From Candidatus Fervidifonticultor secundus (GTDB taxonomy: Bacteria; Sysuimicrobiota; Sysuimicrobiia; Sysuimicrobiales; Humicultoraceae): a stretch of DNA of 64,000 nucleotides. Location: positions 128,001 through 192,000 of the forward strand of contig JAVKIP010000001.1 of assembly GCA_031459385.1 (NCBI GenBank), written 5' to 3'. Made by a program: the position numbers and the translations under genes. Position 1 is the first letter of the stretch; every line of letters begins with the position of its first letter. The notes below the pieces were generated by a model. That model searched no databases, was not told the DNA's origin, and saw only the letters and a list, made by a program, of their open reading frames with translations. Positions 36,896 through 46,110 of this stretch are shown piece by piece.

Positions 36896-37314
36896 AGCCG
36901 ATCGCGCTCGACTTCGATGGGCACACGCTGCGCGCCGCACTGTGGGACGAGCGGGCGCCCGTGCTCTGCGGCCGCATCTGGGAGGCGCTTCCGCTGGAAG
37001 GCCAGGTTACGAACACGATTTGGAGCGGCGAGATGTTGCGGCTATGGGTGGAGATTCCCGAGCCCGAGCAGCTCGAGAACGTCCGCGTGCTGCACCACCC
37101 CGGCGATATCCTGTTTGTTCCCAGGTGGAACGGGCTGCGCCTGGTGTACGGCCAGGCGATGATGCGCGGGCCGGCGGGTGCGCATCCCGTGCCGGTGGTG
37201 GGCAGGGTGATCGACCCGCTGGCGCCGCTGCGGGAGTTCGCGCGTCGTATCGAGTGGGACGGGGCGCGCGTCCTGCGGGTTCGGCGCGCAGAGGGCGGAG
37301 CATCAGGGAGGTAA
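36892..37314 (+). CDS. DUF3830 / cyclophilin-like fold protein 3
   Basis: ATG overlapping the upstream stop; AP..C..IW..LP, NTIWSGE, EN......PGDI, VYG. Confidence 0.72.
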   Translation: MKPIALDFDGHTLRAALWDERAPVLCGRIWEALPLEGQVTNTIWSGEMLRLWVEIPEPEQLENVRVLHHPGDILFVPRWNGLRLVYGQAMMRGPAGAHPVPVVGRVIDPLAPLREFARRIEWDGARVLRVRRAEGGASGR

Positions 37315-37319
37315 CCGGC

Positions 37320-38810
37320 GTGAGCAAGACGTTGACGCAGTACGGGATGTGGGTCGGCGGGGCCGAAGTCGAGGCGCAGAGCGGTGAGTGGATGGAGATC
37401 GTCTACCCGGCGACGGGCGAGAAGTGGGCCATGGTGCCGTCAGCCGGGCCCGCCGACGTCGACCGGGCGGTGGCAGCGGCCCGGAAGGCGCTGGGGAACC
37501 CCGCGTGGCGCGACATCTCGCCGGCAGCTCGCGCAGGCCTGCTGAGAGACCTGGCCGAGCGCATCAAACGCGAGGCGACGCGGCTCGCGGAGCTGGAGAC
37601 CAGGACCAACGGGAAGATCATTCGCGAGACCACCGCCCAGATGACCGTGATTCCCCACTGGTTCCACTATTTCGCCGGAGCGGCAGACAAGCTGTTTGGC
37701 CAGGTCATCCCATTGGAGAAGACCACGGTCTTCAACTATACGCTCCGTGAGCCCGTGGGAGTCGTCGCCGCCATCGTCCCCTGGAACTCGCCGCTGCTGC
37801 TGGCCACGTGGAAGCTGGCGCCCGCGCTGGCTGCGGGCAACGCGGTGGTGCTGAAACCCGCCGAGACGACGCCGGTCACCGCCCTGGAGCTCGCGAGGTT
37901 GATGACAGAGGTCGGCTTCCCCGACGGCGTGCTGAACGTCGTGACCGGCTACGGGCCGACCGTGGGGAGCGCGCTGGTAGGACACCCCGGCGTCAACAAG
38001 GTGGCCTTCACGGGCGGCATCGAGACGGGCCGGGCCGTCGTACGGCAGACCGCCAACAACCTGGCCCGGCTGACCCTCGAGCTCGGGGGCAAGTCTCCGA
38101 ATATTGTGTTCGAGGACGCGGACCTGGATGCGGCGACCAATGGAGTGATCGCTGGCATCTTTGCGGCGACCGGCCAGACGTGCATCGCGGGGTCCCGCCT
38201 GATCGTGCACGAACGGGTCCACGACGAACTGGTGGCCCGCGTGGTGGAGCGCGCCAGGCGGATTCGGCTGGGCGATCCTCTCGCCTGGGAGACCGAGATG
38301 GGGCCGGCGGCGACCCCAGAGCAACTGGCGAAGATCAAACAGTACGTGGAACTGGGAGTTCGCGAGGGCGCGGATCTGCTCTGCGGGGGCGCGGTCCCGA
38401 CCGATGGCCCCCTGTCGCGCGGGTACTTCTTCCTGCCCACGGTGTTCGACCGCGTCGACACCCGGATGCGCATCGCCCAGGAGGAGATCTTTGGCCCCGT
38501 GCTGTCGGTCATGGTGTTCCGGGACGAGGACGAAGCGATTCGGCTGGCCAACGACGTCCCCCACGGCCTGGCGGCGGGCGTGTGGACCCGGGCCCTCCAG
38601 CGGGCGCATCGGGTTGCCCGCCAGCTCGAGGCCGGAACGGTCTGGGTCAACACCTACCGGGCGGTGTCCCCCGCGTCGCCGTTTGGAGGATACAAGCAGA
38701 GCGGCTACGGTCGAGAAAACTGGCTCGGGACGCTCGATGAGTACACGCAGGTGAAGAGTGTATGGATCGAACTGTCTGCCGAGACGCGCGATCCTTTCGT
38801 CATGCGGTAG
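37320..38810 (+). CDS. NAD(P)-dependent aldehyde dehydrogenase
   Basis: PWNSP, FTGG, LELGGKSP, GQTCIAG, EEIFGP; GTG start at 37320. Confidence 0.95.
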   Translation: MSKTLTQYGMWVGGAEVEAQSGEWMEIVYPATGEKWAMVPSAGPADVDRAVAAARKALGNPAWRDISPAARAGLLRDLAERIKREATRLAELETRTNGKIIRETTAQMTVIPHWFHYFAGAADKLFGQVIPLEKTTVFNYTLREPVGVVAAIVPWNSPLLLATWKLAPALAAGNAVVLKPAETTPVTALELARLMTEVGFPDGVLNVVTGYGPTVGSALVGHPGVNKVAFTGGIETGRAVVRQTANNLARLTLELGGKSPNIVFEDADLDAATNGVIAGIFAATGQTCIAGSRLIVHERVHDELVARVVERARRIRLGDPLAWETEMGPAATPEQLAKIKQYVELGVREGADLLCGGAVPTDGPLSRGYFFLPTVFDRVDTRMRIAQEEIFGPVLSVMVFRDEDEAIRLANDVPHGLAAGVWTRALQRAHRVARQLEAGTVWVNTYRAVSPASPFGGYKQSGYGRENWLGTLDEYTQVKSVWIELSAETRDPFVMR

Positions 38811-38852
38811 GTGCCGGCCAGCGGCCGTCGGCACCAGGAGGCGACCGCGGTC

Positions 38853-39845
38853 GTGCCCGTTGACGTCCTCTACCTCAGCGCGGCGGAGACGCGGCAGGTG
38901 CTCGACGCCGCCCAGGCGATGCACCTGGTCGAGCAGGCCCTCCGGTGGCAGGCAGATGGCCAGATCGTGTGGTCCGATCCCGCGGTCCTGAACCTTCAGA
39001 CGCGAGATCCCGATAGCCACTACCGGCTCAAGGGGTGCTACCTGCGGACCGTGGAGGCCGTGGGGTTCCGCGTCACCGGGTTTCACGTGCACCCGACCGG
39101 GGCCGGCTCGGGCGCCCCGGACAACACCCGGTTCGTGATCCTCAGCGATCCACGCACGGGGCGGCCGCAGGCGATCATCGACGAGCACTGGACGTACAAC
39201 GTGCGCACCGTGGCCGCAGCGGCTGTTGCGGCCAGGTACCTGGCCAGGCGGGACAGCGCGGTCCTGGGCCTGGTGGGGAGCGGACAGCTGGCCACGACCG
39301 GGCTGGTGCTCCTCGACAGCCTGTTCCATTTTCGGGAAGTCAGGGTCACCTCGCGCCGACCGGAGAGCCGGGAGGGCTTTGCGCATCGTATGCGCGGTCA
39401 GATCGGTGGGGAGCTCCGTCCCGTGGATTCCCCACGCGATGCTGTCGTCGGCGCAGATCTCGTCGTGACGTGCACGTCAGCGAACACCCGGCTGGTCGAG
39501 GCTGACTGGTTGGAACGCGGGGTGTTCGTCTGCGCCCTGGGCCGCGGGGAGCTCGCCGATGCCGTGTACGAGACTGCGGACAAGATCGTGATGGACAGCT
39601 GGCAGGCGAGCCAGGAGGCTGCGGATGTCCGCGGGCTCGTCGCCCGAGGGGTGCTCTCGCGGGAGCGACTGCACGCGGAGCTTGGCGAGATCGTTGCGGG
39701 CCTGCGCCCCGGTCGGGAGGCGCCAGAGGAACGCATCGTGGCGCGCATCGAAGGGCTGGCCAGCCAGGATGTGGCCATCGCGCACTGGGTCGTGGCAGAA
39801 GCCCGCTGCCGTCATCTGGGGACGATCATTCCCGCGGGCTTCTGA
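38853..39845 (+). CDS. Ornithine cyclodeaminase / mu-crystallin family protein
   Basis: RT.AA.AVAARYLAR, G.G..A, ELGEIV.G...GR, G....D.A motifs; GTG start after AGGAGG. Confidence 0.85.
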   Translation: MPVDVLYLSAAETRQVLDAAQAMHLVEQALRWQADGQIVWSDPAVLNLQTRDPDSHYRLKGCYLRTVEAVGFRVTGFHVHPTGAGSGAPDNTRFVILSDPRTGRPQAIIDEHWTYNVRTVAAAAVAARYLARRDSAVLGLVGSGQLATTGLVLLDSLFHFREVRVTSRRPESREGFAHRMRGQIGGELRPVDSPRDAVVGADLVVTCTSANTRLVEADWLERGVFVCALGRGELADAVYETADKIVMDSWQASQEAADVRGLVARGVLSRERLHAELGEIVAGLRPGREAPEERIVARIEGLASQDVAIAHWVVAEARCRHLGTIIPAGF

Positions 39846-39881
39846 GTGTCGGCGTCGGCCGCAGCAGGCAGGGCCGGGGTC

Positions 39882-40367
39882 TCACGCGATGCCCGCGTCG
39901 AGGGACCGGACCTCGCTGGTGCGGCCATCCCACCGCAGCAGCTCGGCCGCAGCGTCGGCGAGGGAGCGTACCACGCGGCCGCGCTCCTCGATGCACCCCA
40001 CGATGTAGTAGTTGACCGCGCGGGCCCCGGCGGCCCAGTCCCAGCGCGCGACCCGGGTGTCGTGCAGGACGCCCACGATGCCCTTCTTCGGCGCCCCCAG
40101 GCGCGCTAGGGCGTGGAAGGCGCCGATGTGCGCGGCCACGGCGTCGTCGATGCTGTACCCGTCGATGATGGCGACGAGCGCATCCGCCTCCTGGAGAGCT
40201 GCGAAGTCGTCAGCCACCGTGCTCTCGGCGCGGTCATCGGTGCCGCCTTGCCACCCGCCGGCGGGCGTGTAACAGGTGAACCCCTTCTCCCGGAGCGCCT
40301 GCGCGCACTTGGCGAGGAACTCGCGGGCGTAGGGTGTGGTGATGATGCCGGTGAGGAAGACCTTCAC
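39882..40367 (-). CDS. Nucleoside 2-deoxyribosyltransferase-like protein, divergent active site
   Basis: Paralogue of the upstream gene (GF.CY.P, D...L..AD.LVA..DG, KKGI.G); DDAVAAHIG instead of GT..EIG. Confidence 0.7.
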   Translation of the reverse strand: MKVFLTGIITTPYAREFLAKCAQALREKGFTCYTPAGGWQGGTDDRAESTVADDFAALQEADALVAIIDGYSIDDAVAAHIGAFHALARLGAPKKGIVGVLHDTRVARWDWAAGARAVNYYIVGCIEERGRVVRSLADAAAELLRWDGRTSEVRSLDAGIA

Positions 40368-40443
40368 AGGAGCCCTCCTGGGTCGTGCGTGTCGGTTGGT
40401 ATGCGGGCGGCCGGCAGCGCGGGCGGCCGCCCGGGCGGCGCGC

Positions 40444-40935
40444 TCAGTCGAGCAGCCCCTCGGCGCGCAGCTCCCGGCGCCAGACCTGCAGGTGCGCGAT
40501 GATCTCGTCGAGGGTGCGGTAGACCGCGCCCGCCGCTTCTACCGTGCCCAGCGTGAACGCATTGATCGGCGGCGCGCCGGCTTCCGCCCGTTTCCAGGCC
40601 TGGGCGTCGGTGAGCAGGCCCAGGATGCCCTTCTTCGAGCGGTCGTGCTGCATGAGGCCGTAGAAGATGCCGATCTCGGCGGCCGTGCCGCTGCTGACGT
40701 CCGGGTCGTCGAGCAGCGCCACGATCGCGTGCGCGTCGGCGACCATCTTGTAATCCATCTGGAAGATCTCTGCCGGCGTGAGCACCTTGCCCGTCGCCCG
40801 GTCAATCTCGTGGATGACTCCGCGCTCGTGCGGGACCAGGCAGACGAAGCCCGCGTCGCGCAGGCGCTCGGCGTTGCGCGCGATGAAGGCGCGATGGTAC
40901 GGGGTGAAGAGCGGCCCTGCCGTGTAGATTTTCAC
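40444..40935 (-). CDS. Nucleoside 2-deoxyribosyltransferase family protein
   Basis: IY.AGPLF, IF..D, SGTAAEIG, IN.F..G motifs. Confidence 0.85.
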   Translation of the reverse strand: MKIYTAGPLFTPYHRAFIARNAERLRDAGFVCLVPHERGVIHEIDRATGKVLTPAEIFQMDYKMVADAHAIVALLDDPDVSSGTAAEIGIFYGLMQHDRSKKGILGLLTDAQAWKRAEAGAPPINAFTLGTVEAAGAVYRTLDEIIAHLQVWRRELRAEGLLD

Positions 40936-41122
40936 CTGTGCCTCCTTTGTGCCTCCTTTGCCGGACCGGTGCGGGGTATCTTCCGGCGCCGGCAGGCGGC
41001 TCCCTGCTCGGCGTGCCGGGGGCCGCGGGCGTGCGCTGCGGCGCCGGTTCCGGCTGTGCGCCGCGCGGTGCCCGCGCGCCTCGCGCCGGGGTCGATGCCA
41101 CGCGGTGCCACGCGGCGCCGAC

Positions 41123-41151
41123 TTGCGGAGACCGAACGGCGGTGCTACGGT
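41123..41151 (+). promoter_or_regulatory. Sigma70-type promoter for tRNA-Lys
   Basis: TTGCGG-N17-TACGGT with extended TG, about 60 nt upstream of the tRNA. Confidence 0.55.
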
Positions 41152-41211
41152 GAAACGTTGGGAGCGGTCGACACGCGGTCTGTCTTCCGGACGGCCCCTC
41201 CCAGCCGGTGT

Positions 41212-41287
41212 GGGCCCTTAGCTCAGCAGGCAGAGCGGCGGGCTTTTAACCCGCGCGTCGGGGGTTCGAGTCCCTCAGGGCCCACCA
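41212..41287 (+). tRNA. tRNA-Lys (anticodon TTT)
   Basis: 76 nt cloverleaf: acceptor GGGCCCT/AGGGCCC, D arm GCTC/GAGC, anticodon arm GCGGG-CTTTTAA-CCCGC, T loop TTCGAGT, encoded CCA. Confidence 0.97.
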
Positions 41288-41508
41288 GAATCCGCATCGG
41301 GACTGCGGTTCCATCGCCGATCATTTGTCGTGTTGTCGGGCGTGCAACAGAAAGGTGTGTCAGGACGGCAATGCGACGAGTGGGTGCGCTGTCCCCTGCA
41401 GGGGCGGTCTCCGTGGTCGCGAACACTGGCGTTGAAAGCCCTCCGGCAGGTACCGGGCCGTGCGGAGCCGTCGCGCGGCGACCCCGGGGGAGATTGGGGG
41501 GTGACGTC

Positions 41509-42534
41509 ATGAAGGCGGTCTGGGCCCGGCGCATGTGGAGCGGACTCGTCCCCGCTGGGATCGTGGGTGCCGTGGGTGTCGCGCTGCTCGGCATGCGGCT
41601 CGTGACCGCCGGGCCGCCGGCGGCCGTGACCGCGCAGCTGACGCAGGTGCCCCGGGTGCCGCCGGCGCCGGGGCGCGGCCCGACGCGCGTCGTCGTGGAC
41701 CTGGAGACGGTCGAGCGGCGCGGGGCGCTGGCCGACGGCGTGGAGTACGGGTTCTGGACCTTCAATGGCACGGTCCCCGGGCCCATGATCCGCGTGCGGG
41801 AGGGTGACACGGTAGAGCTGCGCCTCAGGAACCGCCAGGACAGCACCCAGGCCCACTCCATCGACCTGCACGCGGTGAACGGTCCTGGCGGCGGGGCGGC
41901 GGTCACGCAGACGACGCCCGGGAAGGCCACGGCGTTCCGATGGCAGGCCCGCAATCCCGGGCTGTACGTCTACCATTGCGCCACGCCGCACATTCCCTCC
42001 CATATCGCCAACGGCATGTACGGGCTCATCCTGGTCGAGCCGGCCCGCGGCCTGCCCACGGTAGACGTGGAGTACGCCGTCGTGCAGAGCGAGTTCTACA
42101 CTCAGGGCGGGCGGGGGCAGCGAGGCCTGCAGCGCTTCGACGCCATCAAGGCATACGCGGAGCAGCCCGAGTACGTGGTCTTCAACGGGCGGGTGGGTGC
42201 GTTGACCGCCAGGGGGGCCCTCCAGGCGAGCGTCGGCCAAACGGTCCGCCTCTTCGTCGGGAACGCCGGCCCCAACCTCGTCTCCTCGTTCCACGTGATC
42301 GGGGAGATCTTCGACCGGGTCTACCCGGAAGGCGCGGTGGGGACGCCGCCCCTCCGCAACGTGCAGACGACACACATCCCGGCCGGGGGCGCGGCTATCG
42401 TCGAGTTCCGGGTCGAGGTGCCCGGCACCTATCTCCTCGTGGACCACAGTATCTTCCGGATCGACAAGGGCGCCGTCGGCCAGCTCGTCGTCAGCGGCCC
42501 GGCCGCCCCGCAGGTGTTCCGGCCGCTGGAGTAG
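41509..42534 (+). CDS. nirK: Copper-containing nitrite reductase
   Basis: HSIDLH, YVYHCAT...HIANGMYG, SSFHVIGEIFD, YLLVDH copper-ligand motifs; N-terminal signal/anchor. Confidence 0.92.
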   Translation: MKAVWARRMWSGLVPAGIVGAVGVALLGMRLVTAGPPAAVTAQLTQVPRVPPAPGRGPTRVVVDLETVERRGALADGVEYGFWTFNGTVPGPMIRVREGDTVELRLRNRQDSTQAHSIDLHAVNGPGGGAAVTQTTPGKATAFRWQARNPGLYVYHCATPHIPSHIANGMYGLILVEPARGLPTVDVEYAVVQSEFYTQGGRGQRGLQRFDAIKAYAEQPEYVVFNGRVGALTARGALQASVGQTVRLFVGNAGPNLVSSFHVIGEIFDRVYPEGAVGTPPLRNVQTTHIPAGGAAIVEFRVEVPGTYLLVDHSIFRIDKGAVGQLVVSGPAAPQVFRPLE

Positions 42535-42558
42535 GGCCGCCGCGGCCCGGAGACGACC

Positions 42559-43086
42559 GTGATCCGCCCCGAGCGCACCAAGGGCCGGATCGCCTTCGAC
42601 GTCATCCGCCCGCCGGACCGCCGTGTCTCGTTCACCGCCCATCTGCTCGAGGCTACCGACCAGACCATCGTAGTGGCCCACGAGCTCTTTCCCTCACGTC
42701 CCCTGGAGTACGGCGGCGAGCGGGTGCTGGAGGCGGGGTACTGGGCGGTGTGGTTCCTGTTCAAGGGCCGACCCTTCGACGTCGGCCGCGTCTACCGACC
42801 GGAGGGGACCTGGACCGGCTACTACGTCGACGTGCTGGAGCCGGTGCGCTGGCAGGGCGCGGACCCGACCACGCTCGAGCCCCTCGTCGACCTCTTCCTC
42901 GACCTGTGGGTCGCGCCCGACGGCCGCCAGGCGGTGCTCGACGAAGACGAGTTCGCCGCGGCCGTGGACCGCGGACACCTGACGCGCGCGCAGGTGGCCC
43001 GCGCCCGCAGCGTCCTGCGCGACCTCACAGAGGCGACGGCGCGCGGCGAGTTTCCGCCGGCCGTGGTCCGGGAGTTCGCCCTGTAG
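42559..43086 (+). CDS. DUF402 (FomD-like) protein
   Basis: GYYVDV, DLFLDLWV.PDG...VLDEDEF..A motif. Confidence 0.8.
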   Translation: MIRPERTKGRIAFDVIRPPDRRVSFTAHLLEATDQTIVVAHELFPSRPLEYGGERVLEAGYWAVWFLFKGRPFDVGRVYRPEGTWTGYYVDVLEPVRWQGADPTTLEPLVDLFLDLWVAPDGRQAVLDEDEFAAAVDRGHLTRAQVARARSVLRDLTEATARGEFPPAVVREFAL

Positions 43087-43092
43087 CGGCAG

Positions 43093-43656
43093 TTACCGTG
43101 CGATCTTCGAGATCTTCGCGCCTTCCAACGTCAGGTTGTACATCAGCCCCTTCTGGCCGATCACGAACCCGACGATAGGCTTGTTGGCCTTCTGGCTGTC
43201 GATGGACGCGTCAGCGCCCAGGTCCACCAGCACCACCGAGCCGTTGACGCCCACCTGCCAGCCGGTGCTGGCCTGGAAGTCGGCCAGCGCCTTGCTGTCG
43301 AGGAAGACGATGATGATGTCCTTTTTCTGGGCGCCCAGCTGCAGCCCGATGGACGCGGCGGCCAGGCTGTAGTAGGCCACCGTGCGCCCGCCGATGCGCA
43401 GGGCGCCCTCGCCGTACTCGCCCCCGATGCCGATGCCCGCCTTGATGACGCCCGGGAAGACCAGCACCCCCTTGGCGGTCCTGAGGAACTCGCGGGAGCC
43501 CTTGACCTTCTGCGTGAACTGCTCTAGCACGGCGTCCGCGCCGGCGTCGATTTCTTTTGCGGTCTTGGCATGGGCAGCAGGCGCCGCCAGGAGGCCCGCC
43601 ACGACCACCAGCCCGACGCCCGTCAGGATACTCCGGCCTCTCGGTCTCAGGTGCAT
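43093..43656 (-). CDS. Exported YSC84/SYLF-like lipid-binding protein
   Basis: Signal peptide; AKGVLVFP.V.KAG.GIGGEYG.G, S.GLQLG.Q, GLM...TLEGAKI. Confidence 0.82.
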   Translation of the reverse strand: MHLRPRGRSILTGVGLVVVAGLLAAPAAHAKTAKEIDAGADAVLEQFTQKVKGSREFLRTAKGVLVFPGVIKAGIGIGGEYGEGALRIGGRTVAYYSLAAASIGLQLGAQKKDIIIVFLDSKALADFQASTGWQVGVNGSVVLVDLGADASIDSQKANKPIVGFVIGQKGLMYNLTLEGAKISKIAR

Positions 43657-43813
43657 GCCGCTGCCCCCCGTGTCGTCGCCGGGAGCCGTGTGGCTCCGCC
43701 AGCGGCGAAAGATATGTGGTCTGTCGAGGACGTTCCCCCTCGGCGGGACCATCCCTCCAGGCGCCCCGGCGCCCCCCGGAGTCTGCGCCTGCCTGGTGTG
43801 TCGGAGAAGGATC

Positions 43814-43840
43814 GGGCCCAGGCGGTGGCCGCCCGGGCCC
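43814..43840 (-). terminator. GC-rich hairpin downstream of cspA, possible terminator
   Basis: GGGCCCAGGCGG/CCGCCCGGGCCC inverted repeat; no clear poly-U tail. Confidence 0.35.
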
Positions 43841-43909
43841 GCGTCTGTCTCGTGGACTACTGTCGTGTGGACAACGCCTCGTCGGACAGAACGGCGATCG
43901 CGAGAGAGG

Positions 43910-44116
43910 TTAGCCGATGGGCCGTACCCGCGTGGCCTGCGGACCCTTCTGGCCCTGGGTCTGCGTGTACTCGACCTTCTGGCCCTCAACGAGCGACTTG
44001 TAGCCGTCGCCGTCGATCCCGCTGAAGTGCACGAAGAGATCCTTCGTGCCGTCGTCGGGCGTGATGAACCCGTACCCCTTCTCGTTGCTGAACCACTTCA
44101 CGGTCCCTGTTGCCAT
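43910..44116 (-). CDS. cspA: Cold-shock protein
   Basis: GTVKWF..EKGYGFI, DLFVHFS, KGPQA. Confidence 0.96.
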   Translation of the reverse strand: MATGTVKWFSNEKGYGFITPDDGTKDLFVHFSGIDGDGYKSLVEGQKVEYTQTQGQKGPQATRVRPIG

Positions 44117-44175
44117 GATCCTACCACCTTTGCTGCAAGCTACCACAGACCTGGTACCCTCTGCGATGCCCGGCT

Positions 44176-44204
44176 ATTGTCTCACGGCCTGGCCGCGAGC
44201 GCAA
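44176..44204 (-). promoter_or_regulatory. Sigma70-type promoter for cspA
   Basis: TTGCGC-N17-GACAAT with extended TG on the minus strand. Confidence 0.5.
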
Positions 44205-44372
44205 GACCGCAGCGCGCCTGCGGCCGACCCCCGGGGCGCGGACGAGCAGCCGCAGCACGCCCAGGGCACGCCGCGGCCGGTGGGGCGGTGCCGCCGGCGG
44301 GAATGGGCGATGCCGTGCGACGAATATCAGGCGTCGGAGAGCTCCGGCAGGCGGGGGAGGAGGGACCAGAGG

Positions 44373-45146
44373 ATGGGTGCGTGGCGGGTGTTCGCCCTGA
44401 GTTCGGGTGGCCGCACGGTGGACTGGTCGACGCGGCTGTACCTCCATCCGGTGGGCGAGACGATGACCTCTGCGTACTTCCTCTGGGTCCTGCACGGCGA
44501 GGGGGAGCCGGTGGTGGTGGACACGGGGTTCACGGCGCGGCTCGGGCGGCTCAAGGGGGTGCCGACGGAGCAGCTGCGGCCGCGGGAGCAGCTGCTGGCA
44601 GCAGTGGGCGTGCAGCCCGAGCGCGTCCGCACCGTGGTGCTCACGCACCTGCACTGGGACCACTTCGATCTGGAGGGCGCCTTTCCCACAGCCACGTTCT
44701 GGGTGCAGCGCCGCGAGGTCGAGTTCTGGGCGGGGTACGGCGCCGGCGAGCCCTGGCACCAGCGCTTCCTCAGCGACCGCTTCGCCGAAGAGCTGCAGGA
44801 GCTGCAGGAGGGCGGTCGCCTGAAGATCATGGAAGGCGCCCTCGAGCCCACTCCCGGCGTCCGCCTGGAGTGGGTCGGCGGGCACTCGCCGGGCATGCAG
44901 ATCGTCGTCGTCGAGACGGCGAAGGGGCCGTTCGTGATCGCGAACGACGCCCTCACCACGTACCGCAACCTGCGCGACTGGGTGCCGCCGGCGATTCACC
45001 TCGGCAGCGTCGCGGAGTGCCTGGACGCCATGCGGCGCATCCGGGCGCTGTGCGACGGCGACGAGGACCGGCTGTGTCCGGGTCACGACGGCGAGGTCTG
45101 GCGCCGCTTCCCGGAGGTCGCACCGGGCGTCTTCCAGCTGGCGTAG
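44373..45146 (+). CDS. Metallo-beta-lactamase fold hydrolase (AHL-lactonase-like)
   Basis: VVDTG, THLHWDH, GHSPG, PGHD. Confidence 0.88.
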   Translation: MGAWRVFALSSGGRTVDWSTRLYLHPVGETMTSAYFLWVLHGEGEPVVVDTGFTARLGRLKGVPTEQLRPREQLLAAVGVQPERVRTVVLTHLHWDHFDLEGAFPTATFWVQRREVEFWAGYGAGEPWHQRFLSDRFAEELQELQEGGRLKIMEGALEPTPGVRLEWVGGHSPGMQIVVVETAKGPFVIANDALTTYRNLRDWVPPAIHLGSVAECLDAMRRIRALCDGDEDRLCPGHDGEVWRRFPEVAPGVFQLA

Positions 45147-45191
45147 GGGCGCCACGCGGTCTGCGTGCGGTCGCCGGGCAGGCCGCGGCGA

Positions 45192-45980
45192 CTACGGCAG
45201 CGTGACGGGGTCGCCGACGCGCACCAGCTTGCCCGCCTCCGAGGCCGGGACCCGCGTGCCGACGCACAGCCGGTAGAAGTGGTCGAAGCGCTCCCGCGGC
45301 GCCCACGCCGGCAGGTGCGCCCGGCGGTACGCGCTGAACGTTTGTTGGAACGAGGGATCGCCGGCGCCGGTGCGTGGGTCGCGGGTCGGCACCGCACAGC
45401 GGGGCCAGGGCTCCATGCCCTCGAACCGCACCTGGCCGATGCAAAATGGCACCGGCGCGTCGGCCCCAATCAGCCGGTCCTCCCAGAACGGTTCGGCGGC
45501 GTCGAGTTCCAGGTTGGGCCGGAAGCGCCGCCGGGCGCTGTCCAGCGTGAGGCCGGGAAACCAGGCGGCCACGGCGGCCAGCGTGGGGGTGCTCACGACC
45601 GTCGGCCCGAAGTAGCGCGAGTCGTCGGGGAAGCCGCGGCGCCCGTCGTGCAGCAGCCGCACCCCGTACCCGAAGAAGGCGGTCAGCCACGCCTCCAGGC
45701 CGGCGCGGTCCTGATCCAGATGGAACGTCGCCTCCCGGGGCGCGGATGCGCCGTCCGCCCGGAGCCGGACGAGCCGGGCGCCCAGGTCGTAGTCGGCGCG
45801 GATCGCGTGCACCCGCGCCTCGCGCTTCCCGTTGACCACGCGATCCCCGGGGCCGAGCACGGCGAACTCGCGGTCGCCGGCGAGCCCGCCGGCGGGACCG
45901 ATGCGAGCCGCGGGGAGCGCCACACCGTCGAGGGCCTTGATGGGGTAGACGACGATGCGGTGCAGAACGGGCACGTCCAC
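45192..45980 (-). CDS. MOSC domain protein
   Basis: YPIK, GDREFA, RRFRPNL, RC.VPTRDP.TG. Confidence 0.87.
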   Translation of the reverse strand: MDVPVLHRIVVYPIKALDGVALPAARIGPAGGLAGDREFAVLGPGDRVVNGKREARVHAIRADYDLGARLVRLRADGASAPREATFHLDQDRAGLEAWLTAFFGYGVRLLHDGRRGFPDDSRYFGPTVVSTPTLAAVAAWFPGLTLDSARRRFRPNLELDAAEPFWEDRLIGADAPVPFCIGQVRFEGMEPWPRCAVPTRDPRTGAGDPSFQQTFSAYRRAHLPAWAPRERFDHFYRLCVGTRVPASEAGKLVRVGDPVTLP

Positions 45981-46110
45981 GCCGCACGGAGTTCCCGAGT
46001 GTGCGGAGGCGTTCCTGCTCCGCGGGACGGGCGGCCCCGCGCGACGGCGCCGTCGCCGAGATCATCCGCACGACCGACCTGCGGGCGGCGGCGCGGCGCC
46101 TCTCGGGGTC

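Noticed and set aside
41212..43100. Integrative element or prophage at tRNA-Lys
   Set aside because: No integrase, phage genes or duplicated tRNA 3' end were seen in the window.
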